From Octopus sinensis (lineage: Eukaryota): DNA of 64,000 bases. How positions within the stretch are numbered: the first letter of the stretch is position 1; the number at the start of each line of letters is the position of its first letter. This document shows, one piece after another, positions 41,239-53,964 of this stretch. Under the pieces are notes generated by a model. That model was not told the DNA's origin, made no database searches, and saw only the letters and a program-made list of their open reading frames with translations. The translations under genes were made by a program, and so were the position numbers. The stretch is taken from contig NC_043015.1 in assembly GCF_006345805.1 (NCBI RefSeq), forward strand, positions 50,592,001 to 50,656,000, in the 5' to 3' direction.

Positions 41239-41736
41239 TATATAATATTACCATAATCACTTTATAAAAAAAAAATCTGCCTCAACAAATTCCCTCTGAC
41301 CCATGCAAGCATAGAGAAGCGTGCATTAAATGACGATGTCAGTGAGTGACAGAGTCTGACCTTTCCACAGCAAGAACCCTCCACACACACACACACAGAC
41401 ACACACACATTTCAAACTCAGATCAATATACAGTTCTGTGTCTAGTGAAGAATTATATTACTTGTTAACCAATATCATTTAAATACTATTAAACAAAGAT
41501 GTCTGCTGTTGATCAGAGGAGATGACAGCCTAGATTCGACTACAATGCCATGTCGTTTCACTTCAGTTAGGCTTCCTTAATAAGCTTTAGAAAAGCATAA
41601 ATATAACATCTCATTTCACCTCTCTTATATATCTGAGGCCTTCGTCAAAATAAATCAATAGCGATCATTTTTCTAAAGATGAAAGACTTGCTTAAGGATT
41701 GAATTTATGCTCATCACTACCACCACCACTACCATT

Positions 41737-41768
<32 letters not shown>

Positions 41769-41772
41769 TATG

Positions 41773-41816
<44 letters not shown>

Positions 41817-42254
41817 GACAACTTTTTCCAATGTTTTGTATTCAATGGTTTTTATTAAAAGTATGTCTTGTATTGACCTGACACATTACAGTTTTTCTAG
41901 AAAAGGAAATGTTATCTCTTAAACAATAGTTTGTTTTCATTTTCTGTTTTTTTTTAAGAAACAAATTGACAATTCTTATTAAAATGTTATTATAGAAATG
42001 TTAATTACTCCAAAGCGAAAAACATCAAGCAACATCAGTCACCACCATCACCATCATTACAAAGAATGCTATTGTCCTCATCATAATATCGGCAGCCATG
42101 GATTTGGCAGAATCGTTAGATGTGAAGACCAAATGCTTTGCACTCTTTAGTTAAGTCCTTTTACATTCTGTGTTCAAATCTTTCCAAGGTTGACTGATTT
42201 TCGTCCTTTATGAGTTAAAAAAGAAAGCGTACCAGTTAACTATTGGTGTGGCAT

Positions 42255-42510
42255 GTGTCCAACCAACACGAGCCATCACCCCAGCTGGATCCTTGGAGAA
42301 GAGAATATGATGCACTGAGCCGTCATGCAAGCTGAGTCCTCAGAGGAGAGAATGTGATGCACAAGATTGGATCCAACTCAGAAAGTCAAGCAGCAGGACC
42401 AAACATCAGATGGTCATGCCAGGTGAAGAAGTATCTTGCAGAGATGCAGACTGACAGGCACTAGAATAGCCAGGGTATGTGAATCCCGGGGAGGCCCTTC
42501 TGTTTGCTGT
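42255..42510 (+). mobile_element. Old degenerate RTE C-terminal remnant
   Basis: Stop-interrupted ...HAS*VLRGENVMHKI...AGPNIRWSCQVKKYLAEM resembles GHV.R....GRP..RW...V...L. Confidence 0.45.
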
Positions 42511-42534
42511 CCCTGGGCTCCCAGAAAATATACA

Positions 42535-42770
42535 TATTTATTTTTTTACTACCCACAAGAGGCTAAACACAGAGGGGACAAAGAAGGACAGACAAAGCAA
42601 TTAAGTCGATTCCATCGACCCCAGTGCGTAACTGGTACTTAATTTATCGACCCCGAAAGGATGAAAGGCAAAGTCGACCTCGGCGGAATTCGAACTCAGA
42701 ACGTAATGGCAGGCGAAATACAGCTACGCATTTCGCCCGGCGTGCTACCGTTTCTGCCAGCTCGCCGCCT
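42535..42770 (-). mobile_element. SINE family B, young copy
   Basis: Near-identical to 26720-26953. Confidence 0.85.
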
Positions 42771-43084
42771 TATACATATTGCTTACAGCACACCTAAAAG
42801 TGGTGCTGGCCCCATAAAAGTGCTGCCTGGGGCAGACTTCTCTCTTTGCCCCCTCTAGCTACACTAGTGTTGACAGGGACACTGCTCAGAGTGTTGCCCA
42901 GGACAACCTGGTGGAGGTACATGGCTTAGTGGTTATGGTGTTGCACTCATGATTGTAAGATTGCAGTTTCGTTTCCTGGATCAGGTGACACATTGGTATT
43001 TGGCACTCTGTTGAACCACTTCAGATGGAGGATCTGCTGGAGACATTTGTTGAATGGAGAAACATTATTGCCTAGAATATTTTC

Positions 43085-43250
43085 ATTAGACAGATAGGTA
43101 TCTTCACCTTGTTTGTTATTACCACAACATTTCAGCTGATATATTTTACAGCCTTCACCAGGCTCTTAACCAGTATGCTATATGCCTGTAGGCATGTGGT
43201 AACCACAAACAAGGTGAGGACATCTATCCATCCAATGTAAATATTGTACA
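43085..43250. mobile_element. Penelope-like remnant with inverted termini and a degenerate hammerhead-like motif (43121-43165, minus)
   Basis: Arms gataggtatcttcaccttgtttgttattaccaca and tgtggtaaccacaaacaaggtgaggacatctatc are inverted. Minus strand has CTGGTGA-A-GGCTG..CAGCT-GAAATGTT. Confidence 0.45.
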
Positions 43251-43662
43251 TAATTCGACTGGCTTCTGTGCCAGTGCACATAAAAAGCACCATCCGAACG
43301 TGGCCAATGCCAGCGCCGCCTCGACTGGCTTCAGTGCCGATGGCACATAAAAAGCACCATCCGAACGTGGCCGAGGCCAGCACCGCCTTGGCTGGTTTCC
43401 GTGCTGGTGGCACGTTAAAAGCACCAACCGATCGTGGCCGATGCTGGACTCCCCTGGCACCTGTGCAGGTGGCATGTAAAAAGCACCCACTACACTCGCG
43501 GAGTGGTTGGCGTTAGGAAGGGCATCCAGTTGTAGAAACACTGCTAGATCAGACTGGAGCCTGGTGCAGGCCCTGGCTTCCCAGACCCCAGTCGAACCGT
43601 CCAACCCGTGCTAGCGTGGAAAACGGACGTTAAACGATGATGATGATGATGATGATGATGAA
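43245..43662 (+). mobile_element. RTE 3' UTR remnant with about 4 subrepeats and a (GAT)n tail; similar ends at 1235-1620(-), 14062-14250(-), 14646-14963(+), 16378-16610(+), 32960-33480(+), 34905-35110(-), 36615-36820(-), 47605-47885(+), 49345-49650(-), 51765-51910(-), 60335-60630(-)
   Basis: All match the 3' UTR of the ORF-bearing RTE at 53965-54958 (aagcacccactacactc..gttggcgttaggaagggcatccag..acccatgctagcatgg). Confidence 0.85.
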
Positions 43663-44045
43663 TTCCTCATGTCTAAAATATAGAACAGTATTATTACCTA
43701 GCTTCAAAATTAGGGTTAGGGTTAGCTTCAAAACAGGTGGGGGTTGGTGACAGGTAAGGCATCTGATCATCTGATCGTAAAACAAAATCTGAGTGAATGA
43801 ATTCCATCTAACTCATGTGAGCATGAGAAAATGGGCGATAAAATGATAACGATGATTATGATAATGATTTCATGCAAGAAGTGTAAAAGAGCTTAAGGAC
43901 CCGAGAAATCAATTTTCCAAAGACAACAAAATAAAAAAAAAAAAGCCCCAAAATTTACAATTAACACAATTCTATATGATCTCTTCCTACCATTTGGACT
44001 GTAAAGGTTAAATACTTTCATTATTTCCATTTGCAGTATGTTAGA

Positions 44046-44086
<41 letters not shown>

Positions 44087-44389
44087 CGGCGTTGTGCTGC
44101 CATAAAGAAGTCAGTCAAAGACAGGCACAATCAACGCAAGAATATGCATTGGCTGTGAAGAAGCCACAGTGATGCTGCACTTACGTTAGCATTGATCATT
44201 AATTCAATTCTTTGAACATGACAAAGTCAATAGCTCATTATCTGTCTGCACTTGCAAGCGGCAATTGCAATTCCCAACTCACCATTCAGTGTGTGTGTGT
44301 GTGTGTGTGTGTGCGTGTATGCGTAATGGCGGGGGCGGTGGGAGGAAAGAGAAAAAAGCGAGCATGTGTGAGTGAAGTGAAGTGAAAAA

Positions 44390-44451
44390 GAGGAATAATG
44401 GTAATAATAATAATGATAATAATAATAATAATAATAATGATAATAATAATG

Positions 44452-44482
<31 letters not shown>

Positions 44483-44553
44483 TAATAATAATGATAATAA
44501 TAATAATAATAATAATAATAGTAGTAATAATAATAATAATAATAATGATAATA

Positions 44554-44584
<31 letters not shown>

Positions 44585-44781
44585 TAATAATGATAATAAT
44601 AATAATGATAATAATAATAATGATAATAATAATGATGATGATGATGATGATAATGATAATAATAATAATAATAATAATGATAATAATAATAATGATAATA
44701 ATAATGATGATGATGATAATAATAATAATAATAATAATATAATAATAATAATAATAATAATAATGATAATAATAATGATGC

Positions 44782-44829
<48 letters not shown>

Positions 44830-44850
44830 TAATAATAGTAGTAGTAATCA
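44390..44850. repeat. (AAT/GAT)n microsatellite
   Basis: Directly visible. Confidence 0.95.
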
Positions 44851-45039
44851 GTATTATATAGCTGGAAAGAATGGATAGCATGGTACCATAAGCTGCAGGT
44901 TGCAAGCCTGCAACACATATAAGGCTCCAAGAGTTCCAACAAAACCGTTAAGCATTTCATCCAGTGTGCTAACAATTCTGCCAGCTCGCCACCTTAATCG
45001 TGGTGGAGGTGGTGGTGGTGGTGGTGATGATAATGATGA

Positions 45040-45566
45040 TAAATGCCCTGATGCAGTACCAGACTCATGGCTTCTGATCTTAACTGATTGGAAGTGTTAT
45101 CATGTACAATGTTTTGTCTTGGTATAAAAGATGGGCTACAGCAAATATTCTGCTCAATACCACAGATTTGCTTGTCAGTTGTTTGACCTTAACCAATTGA
45201 GCATGTCCCTTAGTGGCTGACGATATGTGCATCTCTGATCACGAACAGAAGTAGTGGGGGTGCATCATAGCCATATGTTGAGAGGGATTCTTTGGAGCTT
45301 GAATAATACACCTCGGGAAACATGGGTGCTTTATTCAACATCCTTAAACAATCCTTATTCAGGGACCTTTTGAGTGTGATGGGCTACTCGACCAGAAGAA
45401 AATTCTAACTGGGCCCCACCTGCAAGGTCATGTGCTGTTTATCTTGATATGAGATCACCATATCGCGCACATATGGTTGTGATGCATGTGCCTGGTGTAC
45501 CTTTATTGGGCTTCGTATATTTTACCCCAGTGTCACTTTGATGGCAAGCACTGCTCTCTCACTCAA
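45040..45566 (+). mobile_element. Non-coding retroelement ending in (AAT)n; near full-length copy
   Basis: The 3' 170 bp is nearly identical to 51990-52195 and ends ctctctcactc-(aat)n. No obvious tRNA head or ORF. Confidence 0.7.
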
Positions 45567-45582
45567 TAATAATAATAATAAT

Positions 45583-45627
45583 CAGGAAGACACTCGGCAA
45601 AAAATGGAAACAAAATTGAAGAGAGAC

Positions 45628-45628
<1 letters not shown>
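45583..45628 (+). mobile_element. 46-bp extreme 3' end of a Dong/R4-like element within (TAA)n
   Basis: ggaagacactcggcaaaaaatggaaacaaaattgaagagagact aligns with 53071-53121 ggaaaacactcagtgagaaatggaagaaaatttgaagaaaga. Confidence 0.6.
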
Positions 45629-45669
<41 letters not shown>

Positions 45670-45673
45670 TAAC

Positions 45674-45704
<31 letters not shown>

Positions 45705-46059
45705 TAATAATAATAATAATAATAAATTGTACAAGAAAACCAAAAATTAATTTGAAGCACCACCTTGCAGCAAGGATGGGGAAATATCCTTCAAAAACTG
45801 CGAAAATATTCAATTCATCACATTAAGGCTAGCAAGAGCAACATGTTGAAAGGAAAATTGCAAGTAGGGTGTGGGGTGTAGGAGAGAGGGGAAAGAAAAA
45901 TGAGGTGGGTGTGGCATAATTTGGGGGAAAGGACATGAAAAGGTTATAAAAAAAAAGGTTAAAAGGGAAAGTATTGGAATTAGAAAAGTAAAGGAAAGCA
46001 GAAGGAATAAGAAAATTGGAGAGAATAGAGGAGGAAACTATAAATAAAACCCATGAATA

Positions 46060-46525
46060 CACTCACACATGCGTGGACACACTCACATGCGTGGATACGC
46101 ACACACACGCACGCACGTGTGCATACACACACACGTGCATAGACACACACACATGTGTGCATACACACACACACGTGTGCATACATACACACACGTGCAC
46201 ACACACACATGCACACATGCACACACACATATGCATACACATGTGCACACACACATACACATATGCACGTGTACACACACATGTACACGCACACACGCAG
46301 GCACACAGATGTACACACACACACGTGCACACATACATACACACATGTGTACATGCACACACACATGCTCACACACACACGCACGCACATACATACACAC
46401 ACACATGCATACACACACTCACACACATGCACATGCATGCACATGCATGCACACGTGCACACACACTCACATGCACACACACATGCACACACATGCATAC
46501 ATGCACATACACACACACTCACGCA
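46060..46525. repeat. Degenerate (CA/CATG) tract
   Basis: Directly visible. Confidence 0.9.
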
Positions 46526-47089
46526 CGTTATAGGAATGAAAGCCTACTTGAAACTGAATATGGATAAATAGAAAGAAAGAAAGAAAGAAAGAAAGAAAGG
46601 AAGAAAGAAAGACAAGAGTGTAAGGAATTAATTAGAAATACGAAAGATAGGGAGAAATACTACAGAGATGTTGATAAACGAGCAACTTCCTGTAATTAAA
46701 TAGGTTATTTAAAGCTTACTAATTAATATTAGTTGTACAATTATTTCAATGGCTGCAGATATTCTGTTGAACAATGGACAGAATGGTTTATGATGTTCAG
46801 CTATGTCTCTCCAGGTTTCTGAAACTGGACAGAAATCCTAATGTGGCCAATTTTACCTTTCATCTCAGGTGACCGAAGCACAATGGGGAGCAGTGAAATA
46901 ATTACTGCTATCAATTCAACTAACCTTACCTTTCTCCAATAAATCTCTGACTTTTTAACGAAGTTAATCAACCTTTTCATTACCGATGTTCTAAGGAAAT
47001 ACACTTCCTAACTGAATGGCTTCAGATTCAGCCCCTAGGGCCAACCAAAGGCTTGTGAGTAGGTCTGGCAGAAATTGGAAGAAGTCCAA

Positions 47090-47590
47090 TGACATGGCTG
47101 TGTGGTAAGAACCTTGCTTCCCAGCCACATGGTTCTGGGTTCAATAACCACTGCATGCAGCCTTAGGCAAGTATCTTCTACCATAGCCTCAGGCCAACCA
47201 AAGTTTTGTGAGTGGATATGGTCGATGGAAACTGAAAGAAGCCCATTGTGAGACAGTGAGACAACAACAAAGATTATCTTAGCTAGAAATAGACTCTGAA
47301 ACATCTTAGACAAAACTAATAAGGCATTAAAACAGAAGCCCGTCATGTATATATGTATATATTTGTGTGTCTGTGTTTGTCCCCCCCCCAACATCGCTTG
47401 ACAACCGATACTGGTGTGTTTACGTCCCCATAACTTAGCAGTTCGGCAAAAGAGACTGATAGAACAAGTACTAGGCTTACAAAGAATAAGTCCTGGGGTC
47501 GATTTCTTTTACTAAACCCCTTTAAGGCGGTGCTCCAGCATGACCTCAGTCAAATGACAGAAACAAGTAAAGGAATAAAAGAATATATAC
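47090..47590 (+). mobile_element. SINE family A with an internal extra segment
   Basis: Head and tail match; about 90 bp of extra sequence at 47245-47335. Confidence 0.75.
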
Positions 47591-47911
47591 ACACATATAT
47601 ATATGTATGCGGTTGGTGTTAGAAAGGACATCCAGTTGTAAAAACCTTGCCAAGACTGACCTCACCTGTGCTTGTGCCACATAAAAAGCACTTCTCACTT
47701 CACCTGTGCTTGTGCCATGTAAAAAGCACTAAGTCCACTCTGCTGAGTGGTTGGTGTTAGGAAGGGCATCCAGCTGTAAAAATCCTGTCAAAACAGTCAC
47801 AGAAGTTCAGTGCAGGTTTTGGCCAGCTCTTGTGGTATCATCCAACCCATGCTAGCATGAAACACAGATGTTAAGTGATGATGATGCTAACGATTCTACC
47901 AGCTTACTGCC

Positions 47912-47982
<71 letters not shown>

Positions 47983-50099
47983 TATAATAATAATAATAAT
48001 AATAATAATACAATTTAATCTGAATGCTAATGGATGAAGTGAGTGTTTGGATTATAAACTGACTTGAAATTTTAATGAACTGTTTTAACTGAGATTACTT
48101 GAAAATAAGCAGTTTGGAGGGGAGGTCTTATATGGATTAGTACCAGAATAAATAATATATTGATGGCAGTGGAATGGCAATAGTGAGGGAGATTCAGACA
48201 CACGGCTTTGAGATATTTGGTTCCATCCCTTAATGTTCTGTATTTAAATCCTTACCAAATGAAGACAACGTTATCCTCCTTCCAGCACAGACAAAATAAA
48301 ATACCAGTCATGTACTGTGAGTCCACATGACAGACTATACTCCACAGCTGCCCACCCTTCCACCCATATTTGGGGCCTTTTGCATTTTGAGCTTATGTTA
48401 AGAATTAACGTAACAGTTGTATGTGTAGGGGAGGAAATTTAGAGAGAGTAAGAAATGGTGATAAAGATACATACACACACATATATACATACACACACAT
48501 ATATACATACCTACACACACATACACATACACATAAATACACATACAAATACATACATGCACGCACATGCATACACAATTTTTATATATAATTACATTCT
48601 TATCTGCAACTGGACAAATGCTTTCCTATGTTTACTCAAAACAGAACTTATGGCTACACAAATTAAGAGAATAGTCAAAACTAACATCATTATGGCAGCA
48701 CAGTACTAGCTTAACTGGAATGGTTCGTGTATCTGCGAAAACAGAGCATAACATTACATGACGTACAAGTGATCAATATCAAAGGATTCACTGAGGCAGC
48801 AAATTGAATAACAGTCATTTTCAGCCAGATAGTTTTATGTCTAATACTCATTGCCTCTTTTACTGCTGATGCTAATAATAACAACAATAATAATAATGAT
48901 AATAATAATAATAATGATAATGATAATTATAATGCTTTTGCCACAAAAACCCCTTTTATTCATGCAACAATGTTATACACAAGGGTTACAAAAGGTGTGG
49001 GTAGAGAAGACAAAATGATACAAAAATGAAAGGTAAAAGGTATTGTATAGTCTATATATAGCTGTGTTAATAAAAAATTTTATAAGGATTAAATATACAG
49101 AATAAATGGTAACTATGTATACTTTTAATTGTGTGTTTATGTATAGTTTTTTTTTAAAGAATATGTCAAACAAATAAAGCAGCTCGCCCACGCACAGGTG
49201 GGAAACCAGCAATTAGGTTAGATCAGAATGCCTATGACCTTGCGTACCTGCCCTTGATTGTATTGGAACCAAGTACAGCCAGAAGTGCTCATAAACATGT
49301 TCGTTTTGTTGTTGTTGCTGTTGTATTTTTGATTTTGGATTGAATCATCATCATCATCATCATCGCTTAACGTCCGCTTTCCATGCTAGCATGGGTTGGA
49401 CGGTTCGACAGGGGTCTGGGAAGCCAGGAAGCTGCACCAGGCTCCAACCTAATCTGGCAATGTTTCTACAGCTGGATGCACTTCCTAACGCCAACCACTC
49501 TGTGAGTGTAGTGGGTGCCTTTTACGTGCCACCGGCACAGGGGCTAGAGGAAGCTGGCAATGTCCACAATCAGTTGGTGCTTTTTACATGCCACCGGCAC
49601 AGGCGCCAGTCAAGGCGGCACTGGCATTGGCCACATTCAGATGGTGTTTTTTTGAATGGGGTAGAAATTATGAAATGTTTGACTGGGTGGTAGCTCAATT
49701 GATGCGGTCTTTGATAACATCCTATTGTTTACATGTTTCTTGAAATCTGCTCCTAAATCTTGCTCTTCGTACAATACATTGCCATCGTTTTCCCATTTCG
49801 GATCTCTCAGATCTGGTCTGAAGGCCAAATTGCTCAACATCATAACCATGAATGTCATGCCATCTGGATGAGGGAGAGAGATCCTCTGTATCTAAGTTGC
49901 CCAGCTACTTCCACTGGACATCCTGCTTTTGCCCCTTCTTCTTCATCTTTCCTCTCTAGTTTTCATTTGTTTCCCATGATTGTAAGATGTTGGGTTGCTA
50001 CTTTTGGAAGTGAAGTCTTTAGTTTTGTCAACATCTGGTCCTGAAGATAAAACAAGTTCTTTGACTATCCTCAATGTTACAATCAACCAATGGTGCCAT

Positions 50100-50330
50100 T
50101 AGAACAGTAACCACCAAGATCTACTTCTATCTCCATCACTCACTCTTCACATTTTGTAGCAGCTCAGAGCAGAAAAACCTTCAAGTGATTTGTACTGCCA
50201 CATGTATAGCAGCTCTGCTTTCTAACCCGAGATACCTGTCTCACTAGTTTTGTTTAAATACTCATCATGGTCAGAATGACATTGTTATTTTCAGGGTACC
50301 TTAGAACATTTACGTCCATGTTCAGCCTGT
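50100..50330 (-). pseudogene. Possible decayed gag/ORF1 relic with a CCHC zinc knuckle (50169-50211)
   Basis: RKQSCYTCGSTNHLKVF-(+1 T)-CSEL gives C-x2-C-x4-H-x4-C after removing one T from a T5 run. Confidence 0.4.
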
Positions 50331-50404
50331 AGTATGTTAGAAATCAATATCATTTTCTATAAGGAGAGGTGATAAAAAATGTCAGAGAGAGAGAGAGACA
50401 GGGG

Positions 50405-50451
<47 letters not shown>

Positions 50452-51955
50452 TGGGGGTAAAGATATATACAATTATATTCTTACTTAGAATTGGCCAAGT
50501 GCTTTTGAGTAAATTCAGAACTGAACACAAGAGAATAATCAAAGACATGTTGATGGTCACATCTGCATCCACACCCAACCCTAACCATATTGCACTGCAA
50601 AGGGGATGACAAACCAGATGTCAATATTGTTGGCAATGCCCCCACCCCGCCAACAGCCACTACTATATTATTACTATTGCAGTATGAACCTATGGAGCAG
50701 GATCGTAGTTCTCTAAGTCATCCTACCTTTGGTCTTGAAGACCAAGCAAACACCTCAGTAACCCCTAGTCTAGTTGATAGAAAATAAACAGCCCCTAACA
50801 TCAGCCTGAGATACACTTTACTTATTTCTTTGAAGGCACGTGGTAAATCCCCTTGCTCTTAATAAAGAAGAACTATGTCACATTCCTGCTTGCTTGTTTT
50901 TATGATGAATTCCTCAGGCAGGGAGATATCTCTTTGTGACATACCATTGACATGCTTCTTTCTCTGAATGGATTTGGTTCCTGTCCAAAAATTACCAGTG
51001 TCCAGGAATCTTGGTGATACTGCTTCCATTGCAATTACCATTTTCCCTCAGCAATATGTGCATGCATACATGTTGCTGCTACGGTTGCTAAAATTGTCAC
51101 TGGAATATTCTCACAAATGATGCTATCTACAGAAACGTTACTATTTTCGTCCTTTCAAAGCATGCATGCTCCATTATAAAATCTTTTTGTTCATTTTTTT
51201 TTTTTGCTTCTAGTCAATATCCATAAAACTGTATTTGTTCTGGTTCAAAAATTTGGGGGGAGTTTTCTGCTTGAAGAAATCATTTCCTTTGCAAATAAAG
51301 AAGAAAATATTTTCTTCCCAAATTAAATGCCATCCACCCCACCACAAACAACCACCACCACCACCACCACCACCACCAATACCTCCGCAAACAGGGCAAA
51401 AAAAATTTCCGCCGACAATTAATTACCTTATTTGCCAAAAATTTTCCACTTAATTTAACACCAGTAAATCTACATATTGGTTAAACGAGATGTAACGCAT
51501 CTGGTTCATACAAAGCAAACAAACAAACAATAATTACACTGAAAAACAGACACAAGCCTTTCTACAAGAAAAACAATGTATGTGTGTGTGCACATGCATG
51601 TTTGTATGTGTGTGCATGTGTCTGTGTGTATATATATACATACATACATACATTAAATCAGTTTGTTACCTAACACTCCATTGTATTCTTTAGATGAAAC
51701 TGATTGCTAAACCAGCCATGATGGATATTTAATACTATACATTTTGGATACTATATATATATGGCAATGATCACGCTTGAATGGTGTTTTTCATGTGCCA
51801 CCGGCACGGGAGCCAATCCGTGGCCCTGGCAGCGATCATGCTCGGATGTGCTTTTAACGTTCCACTGGTATGAGTGCCAATCAGGCAGTACTGTCATTGG
51901 CCACGTCAGCAATTTTGATTTTATAATAATAATAATAATAATAATAAAGATAATG

Positions 51956-51974
<19 letters not shown>

Positions 51975-51987
<13 letters not shown>

Positions 51988-52191
51988 CTCAACCTGAAGA
52001 AAATTCTAACTGGGCCCCACCTGCAAGGTCATGTGCTGTTTATCTTGATATGAGATCACCATGTCGCGCACATATGGTTGTGATGCATGTGCCTGGTGTA
52101 CCCTTATCAGACGGGTAGTCATGATGGGTATATTGGGCTTCGTATATTTTACCCCAGTGTCACTTTGATGGCATGAACTGCTCTCTCACTC

Positions 52192-52195
<4 letters not shown>
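51975..52195 (+). mobile_element. 5'-truncated copy of the 45040-45566 element, with (TAA)n on both sides
   Basis: Direct sequence match (gaagaaaattctaactgggccccacc...ctctctcactcaataat). Confidence 0.75.
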
Positions 52196-52250
<55 letters not shown>

Positions 52251-52505
52251 TAATAACAATAATAATAACAATAATAATAATAATAATCCTTTCTACTAAA
52301 GGAACAATGTCTGAAATTTTGGAGGAGGGGACTAGTCAATTATATTAACCCCAGTTTTTTACCAGTACTTAATTTATCAACCTCCAAAAGGATGAAAGGC
52401 AAAGGTGACCTCAGCTGAATTTGAACTCAGAACATAGCGATGGTCTAAGCATTTAGCCTGGTGTGCTAATGTTTCTGCCAGTTCGCCACCTTAATAATAA
52501 TAATA

Positions 52506-52565
<60 letters not shown>

Positions 52566-52589
52566 TAATAATAATAATAATAATAACAT

Positions 52590-53121
52590 CATAAAAGATC
52601 AGACATATTATTATAAAAGATCAGACATAAAAGCTAATAAACCGGATATTATTATAAAAGATCAGACAAAAAGATGTGTTTGTTAATTGACATGAGTATT
52701 CCTTGCGATCACAATATAGCGGCGAAAGAATTTGACAAGATCAGTAAATATAAAGACTTGCTAATAGAAATTGAAAAAATGTGGAATCTCAAGGCGACTA
52801 CAGTACCAGTGATTGTAGGATCTCTAGGAATGATAAAAAAAAGGTACTGAAACCTATTTGAAAATTATACCAGGCTTACCATCCCTACAGGATGTGCAAA
52901 AAATTGTGTTAACTGGAACGGCTCATGTACTGAGAATGGCATTATCGCTGTGAAAACAACATCCATTCATGAATTTATTTATTTATTAATTTTTAAATAC
53001 ATATTTTACCTGTGAATTTGTGTGTGTAATCTGGGAATGCATACAATGAGCTTCTCTGCCCTTGGTGTACGGAAAACACTCAGTGAGAAATGGAAGAAAA
53101 TTTGAAGAAAGAAGGAAAAAA
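52590..53121 (+). mobile_element. R4/Dong-clade non-LTR retrotransposon, 5'-truncated (RLE endonuclease domain plus 3' UTR), inside (TAA)n
   Basis: With two homopolymer frameshifts it reads KANKPDIIIKDQTKKMCLLIDMSIPCDHNIAAKEFDKISKYKDLLIEIEKMW...VPVIVGSLGMIKKG...VQKIVLTGTAHVLR*, the PD-(D/E)xK RLE signature of R4/Dong. TAA-type repeats lie on both sides. Confidence 0.88.
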
Positions 53122-53148
53122 TAATGATGATGATGATGATGATGATGA

Positions 53149-53223
<75 letters not shown>

Positions 53224-53784
53224 AGCAGTTCAAGAAATTTGCTTACAGTGCAAACAGAAGAGACTCAAAACCTACATAAGTTCTATCACCAAAGACTAAC
53301 AATTGGTATTTAAAAAGGTATGAAATGTTTAATCTCTAAAGAATTGGTAATAACAGTAATGCACATGAAAACCCAACCAAGATTCAATTCCCAAAGCAGA
53401 AGATGCAAACAGCATCCATAGCAACATTGAAAAGTACTTTTTACAAAAGTGAACTCGATAGCATAATTCCTGGAAGTAGGAACAGAGCCAAACAGAAAAC
53501 CCAAATTGGTTGCAGCGTCTTATCCAAAGATTTCCTCTAATTTCTCTTTTGCCTTTGTTTTTAACATCAGTTTATATATATATATTTATATACACACACG
53601 TGTATGTGTGTGCAATTTGCTGTGTTTTGTTATTTTTCCAAAGATCAGAGGAGCGGAGAAAAATGGTAAAAATGTTGTTGGTGCCAGTTGTATGGATAAA
53701 TAATCAAGGATATTTCTGTTTGCGTTCACTTCAAATGATTGTGAAGATGAGAGAAATGCATAGCTGCTGCTGCTGCTGCTTATA

Positions 53785-53820
<36 letters not shown>

Positions 53821-53964
53821 CCGCTGATTATGACATTCAAAGTAAATCTTAGAAGTGGTAAAAACCTTCAACTATTATCTAAAAATGAACAACAAAGGAT
53901 ATACATTTATAGTACTTAAATAATTTAAAATTTGCACAGGACCCACACACACATGAATATATAA

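Larger units (their letters stand above)
39460..41475 (-). pseudogene. Old tandem duplication carrying two copies of an unidentified decayed G/Y/N-rich coding sequence (39460-39715; 40565-40815 plus 41238-41262)
   Basis: The copies read LYNGDSKQNVEEYFPKKSTKC* and LYNIDSNQDVEEYFPKKSAKC*; 7 of 12 nucleotide differences in these 21 codons are synonymous. Flanking blocks 40350-40563 and 41265-41472 are also duplicated. Confidence 0.45.

Noticed and set aside
43705-43722. ttagggttagggttag telomere-like repeat
   Set aside because: Under three units; not significant.
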